Virus record (IMG/VR): IMGVR_UViG_3300032314_000455
Span: 1-38,220 of that record
DNA: 38,220 nt
Strand: one strand, 5' to 3'
DNA from: a virus
Lineage: Duplodnaviria > Caudoviricetes
Shown: piece by piece, positions 35,301-38,220 of the stretch
Position numbering within the stretch: position 1 is the first letter of the stretch
Layout: each line of letters begins with the position of its first letter
Program-made: the position numbers and the translations under genes
The notes under the pieces: generated by a model
The model's input: the letters and a program-made list of their open reading frames with translations, nothing else
Databases searched by the model: none
What the model was told of the DNA's origin: nothing

Positions 35301-38220
35301 CTAGTAGACAGTTATCTAGCGTTAGCGGTTCTATTGCTGAAGGTAAACTTGGTTTGACTAATTTAACGGCAGGTAAAGGCGAATTTGCAGATTTACCAAA
35401 GTTAACCAAGCAACTCCAGACCGCTGAACAACAACGGGCGGTATTGCAAGCTGAAATTAAGAGAAATTTCACCGACAAAGGGCTTGTAACCCCTAGTGAG
35501 CAAAGAACTCAACTTGAGCAAAAGAATCTCCAAGTACAGAAATTAAGTGAAAATCGCCAACAATTAGCAACTCCATTTACTTCTACTATTGCCACTGTTG
35601 ATAGACAAATAAGCTCATTAAAAACCCAGCTAGAAAGCCTGAAAACAGACGATAAACTGTTGGGGCTATTGGGACAAAAGGGTGTAGATGAGCAAATTCA
35701 AAAATATCAATTAGCATTAAAGGCTGCACAGGATTTTAAAGCTAAGGCAGAACAAACGCTGGGCAATCTGAAAATTGACCCTATTATTACGCTTACTCAG
35801 GCTATTAGAGAATTAAATTTAGCGTTAACTAAAGGTCAAGAAAGAAATGAATTTGCTTTTTCGAGAGATGAAAATATTACTGTCATAAGACAACTTAGGA
35901 ACTATAACAGCGACAGATTTGCTAGTAAAAAAGCGTCCGCTCAATCCGTAGGTAATGAAGTAGCAAAAAACCGCGAAAATGTAGGACAACTTAAAAATGC
36001 TTACGTAGCTAACAGTAATGCACTTAATGCTCCAGGTGTATCTTTGACATTGAAAAGATTGGGAGTTACGCCTAACAGTTCAGCAGCTAAAATCAACGAT
36101 ATTATTCAAAATGGTGGACTTGATGATGCTGATAAAGGGCTTTTGGAGAAGGTGAAATTAGCACAAGAGCAGAAGAAGCAATTGGCTGATGCTGCGGTGG
36201 CTATGCACAAGTCGGAATTAAGTTTAAGACAAAACCAGAGTGAAAATGTTTTATTTGGCACAGATGACCGGGCTACTAATAGGAAAAATGCTATTCAGAT
36301 GAATGAAAATGCTAGTTTGACAGGCATTAAGCGTACTCAATTAGCTAAGATTTATACTGAAGAAGTAGCAGCAGAAAAAATAGCTCAAATTCAACTAGAA
36401 ACTTCTAAATCTCAAAAATCTAGTGTTGATCAACAGTTAATTGATTTACAGAATAGTTTTGAGCAACAAACTATTAGCGCTGAAGAATATTTCAACAGAC
36501 GACGTGATTTAACTTTAGAGCAATCTAATTTAGAAAAACAAATTACAGAAAATGAATTATCTCTGCAACAAGCTAATTTACAGAAACGAATTAGACAATT
36601 TGAGTCAGCTAATAAACAAGCTGATGCAATTATTAATTCTAGTCAGTCGAATGCTAATCGTGCAGCCAAGGAAAAATATCTAGCAGGTGGTTTAACCCAG
36701 CCTGGACAAGATACTCTCGCAATCGAACAGAATAGGATTGATCAACAAGTTGCGGCTCAAAAAACTCAGCAAATCAAGAATAAAATTACTCAGAATAAAC
36801 AACTTTATGATGCGGATTTGAAAGATACTAGGGATTTTATTGATGAGGAATTAGCATTACAAGCGGAATTGGCACAGGCTAATTTGCAGCAGGTTGACCT
36901 CAAAATCCAAGTTGAGGAGAAATACCGGGAAGTAGTTGAGAAGGGTATCCAACGGATTGTCCAGGCTGAGGATAATCGTTTTAAATTGGCTACTTCTCAG
37001 TTAGAATCTCAAAAAGTCTCGCTTGAATTGTACAATCAATGTTTAGAGCGCACATCCAAGTTAGAAGAAAGTCGCTATAATCTTGGTAAAGCAATTGGTG
37101 ATAATGCTACATCAATACTGGAAATCCAGCGAGACAAGGCTAATAAAGCCTTAGAGCTTAGTCGTAAACTTGATGATAAAAATCTTGATCCTGAAGTTCG
37201 TAGTGTAATTGTTAATCAATTATCTACATCTGGATTTGGTACTAATGAACTTTCAATCCTCAATCAAAGGAATAGAATTGAAGATGAAATTGGCGCTAAA
37301 AAATTAAAATCCCTGTTACTTGAACAAGAGTATCAACGCAAATCCCTGGACTTAGATTTACAGCGGCAAGAAATAGCCGCACAAACTCAAATTTATGATG
37401 TCCAGGGGCTGCAATTAGCCGCAGAGAAAGCACGAATTGAGGCAGAAGCAGCACTAAGAACTGCCCAAGTCAAAAAAGATGATGTCGCAATTAAGTCAGC
37501 ACAAATATCAATTGAATTGGCTGGACGTGAGAGTGAAATAGCTGATAAAAAACTCAAGAATGCGGCTGATAATTTGAGTATTCAGCAAGAGTTATCTAAA
37601 AATGCAAAAGAAGCCCAGGGATATGCCCAAAAGACTGCACAGGCTCAATTAGAAGCTGCTGAAGCAGCCAGGAAGCAGGGAAGTATTCTGGAAAAAGCTG
37701 AAATTTCTGCTAAAAAACGTTCAGAGTCTGAAAAACAAACAACCGAAGCTGTTAAAGAATCTAGTAATGCAGTAAAACAGGCTACGGAAGCAGTAGAACG
37801 TTTGACAGCCAAGGAATCCAGGGAATGGATGCGTCAAAATAAAAAGGATAGTCGTAAAAAATTGGAAACAGATACCCAGTACGAGCAGCGTATTCAAGCT
37901 ATAGAAGAAGGTCGCAAGAAGAAAGAAGCACAGAAAGCCTATGACCAAACCATCTATAATCGCGTGACCGGGCAACAATTAACGCCTAAACAACAACCGA
38001 TTGAAGATAATTCTTCTAATAATCAAGTTGTCCAAGATTTAGGTAACAATCCTCAAAGTGTCCGATCAACAAACGGGCGGGCGTTTACAGGTGAGTCTAG
38101 GGAGGAAGCTGAAAAACGACTGCAAGGTGGAAAGATTTTCTACAACACTTTCCCGTCTGGGTTTAACTCTAGGGGATTAAAGGGTCAACAGTTATATGAA
38201 TCTTATATGAGACAGAATCA
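29384..38220 (+). CDS. giant tape measure protein (>2,945 aa, 3' truncated by window edge)
   Basis: ATG 29384; frame open at all points I translated, through the window end (which explains its absence from the ORF track). Tape-measure domain at about 34220-34700 (GLSQAS...LGQAISKGK..AEEQNQLAERIPG); two xSPS motifs; HEIFH at 31775; long coiled coils. Confidence 0.9.
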   Translation, partial: MSVLGAVSVEVSLDMSGVEKQLQSLDSSKLKPLKLGVELDTAQLQRELKQLPSRLDPIKVDLSPNVEDFRKKLQKLGNLSSSVRVELVGDTEGLRDGLRSLRIDPVKVDLAPNAEDFQEKLRRVGRISPVTIEVKVDKLAVEREFQEVGKYAAQGFTQGFGDAETVGKDAAESLLIGMKDGLEIKSPSRKFTKIGEDSKTGLLKGVKTSDSEVQGIVKNFVNQFKNANFSIEVKLKINGKDVQKEINSLTSKLNITKQDSKTTEDISESIQEGFKKAKPKTNLLGSLFGGIGNTLLAPLSGALFGAFQGIGLPLGNQIGAGVSKAVQQSISQDFGSLDLIAFKATEKALQGIPEAQQAITEVIKSNPIGNIVVKQLESLTEVLETYGISTKAVKNLSTNQEKVVASSSLRFESQQTEFKSRKKAKAAAMNDFLSVTDQKSSMDQVTGLLNDSQKKAAKLLQGITQVSQRIASGKALKGDAQLLADANAELAQEMQSIQTLKEVKHKYTERVKSVIRNLAELGIESGLTSQAVKDITISETLEELISAQNAIKDARKNIVIKAKTPESIKVKKLKKLESKAIEAKGTLDKTLSSPDASVEDVQKIKKKNAAAQKALELYRVEIASPEKEIEKASQQLESVNNKLSSGLNQLITNISNSVVSAIQSATREVIDVGNLDKIPQAKPTVGQQVADQEAVQREKERREAAKKQELKQLKAQRAAQSPQLYIDAVQAVSRRVTGENLPLDKIPSLVPSDMGGIAAKGRYTAKTNTYEIKPELYQQIENGDISQITDEVITNITHEIFHAFQHGFGQSIAEIGGKPAVDISPTKEELTRLGGDIEASVASQREERKPLSRQLETGAYIFADRNAAAVKEELKRKKLKEQALSLGGVAGNKIIYEDTNNAIAKVRPTIQALQSKGINVDGLKASINQIINDSRKEASDLGSAFSDLDKLSTDEMEKLVDRYKEILQKIDSVTELTKNEVIKALSAPREKPAEQATLSVQPDNHQIGLNNSADVKNFLTKNLNASGVRELAGKMGVDTKHANKEHLINEISASGGTAEGRANIQHRIKNLPADKYLKSSQYKPLESPQAVDISKDLVQLQSARRVLASSLKSASSLDNAAKQKLLESIVDQVRENELIAQNLAKNNKLSGKQSQQLAGTRTSLGNLSYQAKNQMYSTQAENVGHDIGTGLDVGFNQSMPDVIASVAKGAEQMLQTVRDVTDTHSPSEETKDIGRDFGKGLEIGTDESLRSASSSIEGNIQGIVAQTAKEIAELNAEIARQNKRQFLEEQRANLNIKPNERKRSQAELDAIAGAEAARFKRYEKSSRTPSQVTAQRLEAKSLESTALGVDQSLSAVENEIKGLESIVKETNAAFAVTESTAQRINVILDLMEDETNDSAVEQQNINNSLVKQRAELSDMLERKYGLVGLAPEILAPEIVGSEVRPAPVKSDGKGGNLFSGLIKDIEKKAQKRTALLALEAGTAIAPGLESQAIRFKQEGNSVKQKQYEKLAKQARMSSDAVTELLTKPGELSKKESARLAKLSQELEKIYEKIGRPLPSGSSGPGGFLADIGFEISGILPKIGSLLKGFAAFAVTNYLQNYFQNIAKESFQAYVQLDKMKTVLNFASGGVSGGSNNLKFIRQQVEDLKIPLNASIQGFTKLESAARGSALAGKENRELFKGLSQASTVLSLSGDETEGITVGLGQAISKGKFLAEEQNQLAERIPGFFGIMARAAGMTEAEFIKLRDSGQIITEDILPKLGRQLKSEFGDAAKDASGNAQSAIFDLQNSMLSLQQGVGEGVAPAAIVGLNLFAGLIKGTSAVSRELGFVLIAVSVVLAGKMAIALREVIVNFARMQLAGGTLTGGLRALLTTLNTSTSLQLGVGLFAAMELVSLLSQGVNTELVQSFDNAAKSAERAQNSIEKAFNPNIKKGSLGSFKPESSFWFTKMIDDYLIRDGATTYGDIEAQNIKIGASRQLSSVSGSIAEGKLGLTNLTAGKGEFADLPKLTKQLQTAEQQRAVLQAEIKRNFTDKGLVTPSEQRTQLEQKNLQVQKLSENRQQLATPFTSTIATVDRQISSLKTQLESLKTDDKLLGLLGQKGVDEQIQKYQLALKAAQDFKAKAEQTLGNLKIDPIITLTQAIRELNLALTKGQERNEFAFSRDENITVIRQLRNYNSDRFASKKASAQSVGNEVAKNRENVGQLKNAYVANSNALNAPGVSLTLKRLGVTPNSSAAKINDIIQNGGLDDADKGLLEKVKLAQEQKKQLADAAVAMHKSELSLRQNQSENVLFGTDDRATNRKNAIQMNENASLTGIKRTQLAKIYTEEVAAEKIAQIQLETSKSQKSSVDQQLIDLQNSFEQQTISAEEYFNRRRDLTLEQSNLEKQITENELSLQQANLQKRIRQFESANKQADAIINSSQSNANRAAKEKYLAGGLTQPGQDTLAIEQNRIDQQVAAQKTQQIKNKITQNKQLYDADLKDTRDFIDEELALQAELAQANLQQVDLKIQVEEKYREVVEKGIQRIVQAEDNRFKLATSQLESQKVSLELYNQCLERTSKLEESRYNLGKAIGDNATSILEIQRDKANKALELSRKLDDKNLDPEVRSVIVNQLSTSGFGTNELSILNQRNRIEDEIGAKKLKSLLLEQEYQRKSLDLDLQRQEIAAQTQIYDVQGLQLAAEKARIEAEAALRTAQVKKDDVAIKSAQISIELAGRESEIADKKLKNAADNLSIQQELSKNAKEAQGYAQKTAQAQLEAAEAARKQGSILEKAEISAKKRSESEKQTTEAVKESSNAVKQATEAVERLTAKESREWMRQNKKDSRKKLETDTQYEQRIQAIEEGRKKKEAQKAYDQTIYNRVTGQQLTPKQQPIEDNSSNNQVVQDLGNNPQSVRSTNGRAFTGESREEAEKRLQGGKIFYNTFPSGFNSRGLKGQQLYESYMRQN

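Larger units (their letters stand above)
1..38220 (+). mobile_element. Mu-like transposable prophage of a cyanobacterium (interior; neither end identified)
   Basis: MuA, MuB, GemA, Mor/C and gp27/gp28-like genes in Mu order, followed by head and tail genes; no integrase and no host genes seen. Confidence 0.92.

Overview
The whole window is the interior of a temperate, Mu-like (transposable) prophage. I saw no host housekeeping genes and could not locate either prophage end. The host is very likely a heterocystous cyanobacterium (Nostocales), judging from HIP1 sites, STRR heptamer repeats, GTAG/CTAC REP-like palindromes and AGGAT dispersed repeats. Gene order: accessory ORFs (DUF2786 and others), AntA-type antirepressor, an 11-bp tandem repeat, XRE repressor, a divergent operator/promoter, an RHH protein in the Ner position, MuA DDE transposase, MuB AAA ATPase, a semi-essential region, GemA, Mor/C activator, and Mu gp27/gp28 terminase. 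A 4-kb counter-oriented regulatory island follows (PAS protein, KilA-N/Bro-N, second XRE switch). After it come a non-Mu head module, a siphovirus-type tail module with a -1 frameshifted chaperone, a DNA methyltransferase, and a tape-measure ORF of >2,945 codons that runs off the window and is absent from the ORF track. Best leads: a complete type I hammerhead ribozyme with pseudoknot in the early operon, the Mu/non-Mu chimeric architecture, the second switch island with an orphan PAS sensor, a zincin peptidase inside the giant tape measure protein, and a divergent NblA-like ORF. All family assignments come from motif recognition by eye, not from database searches.
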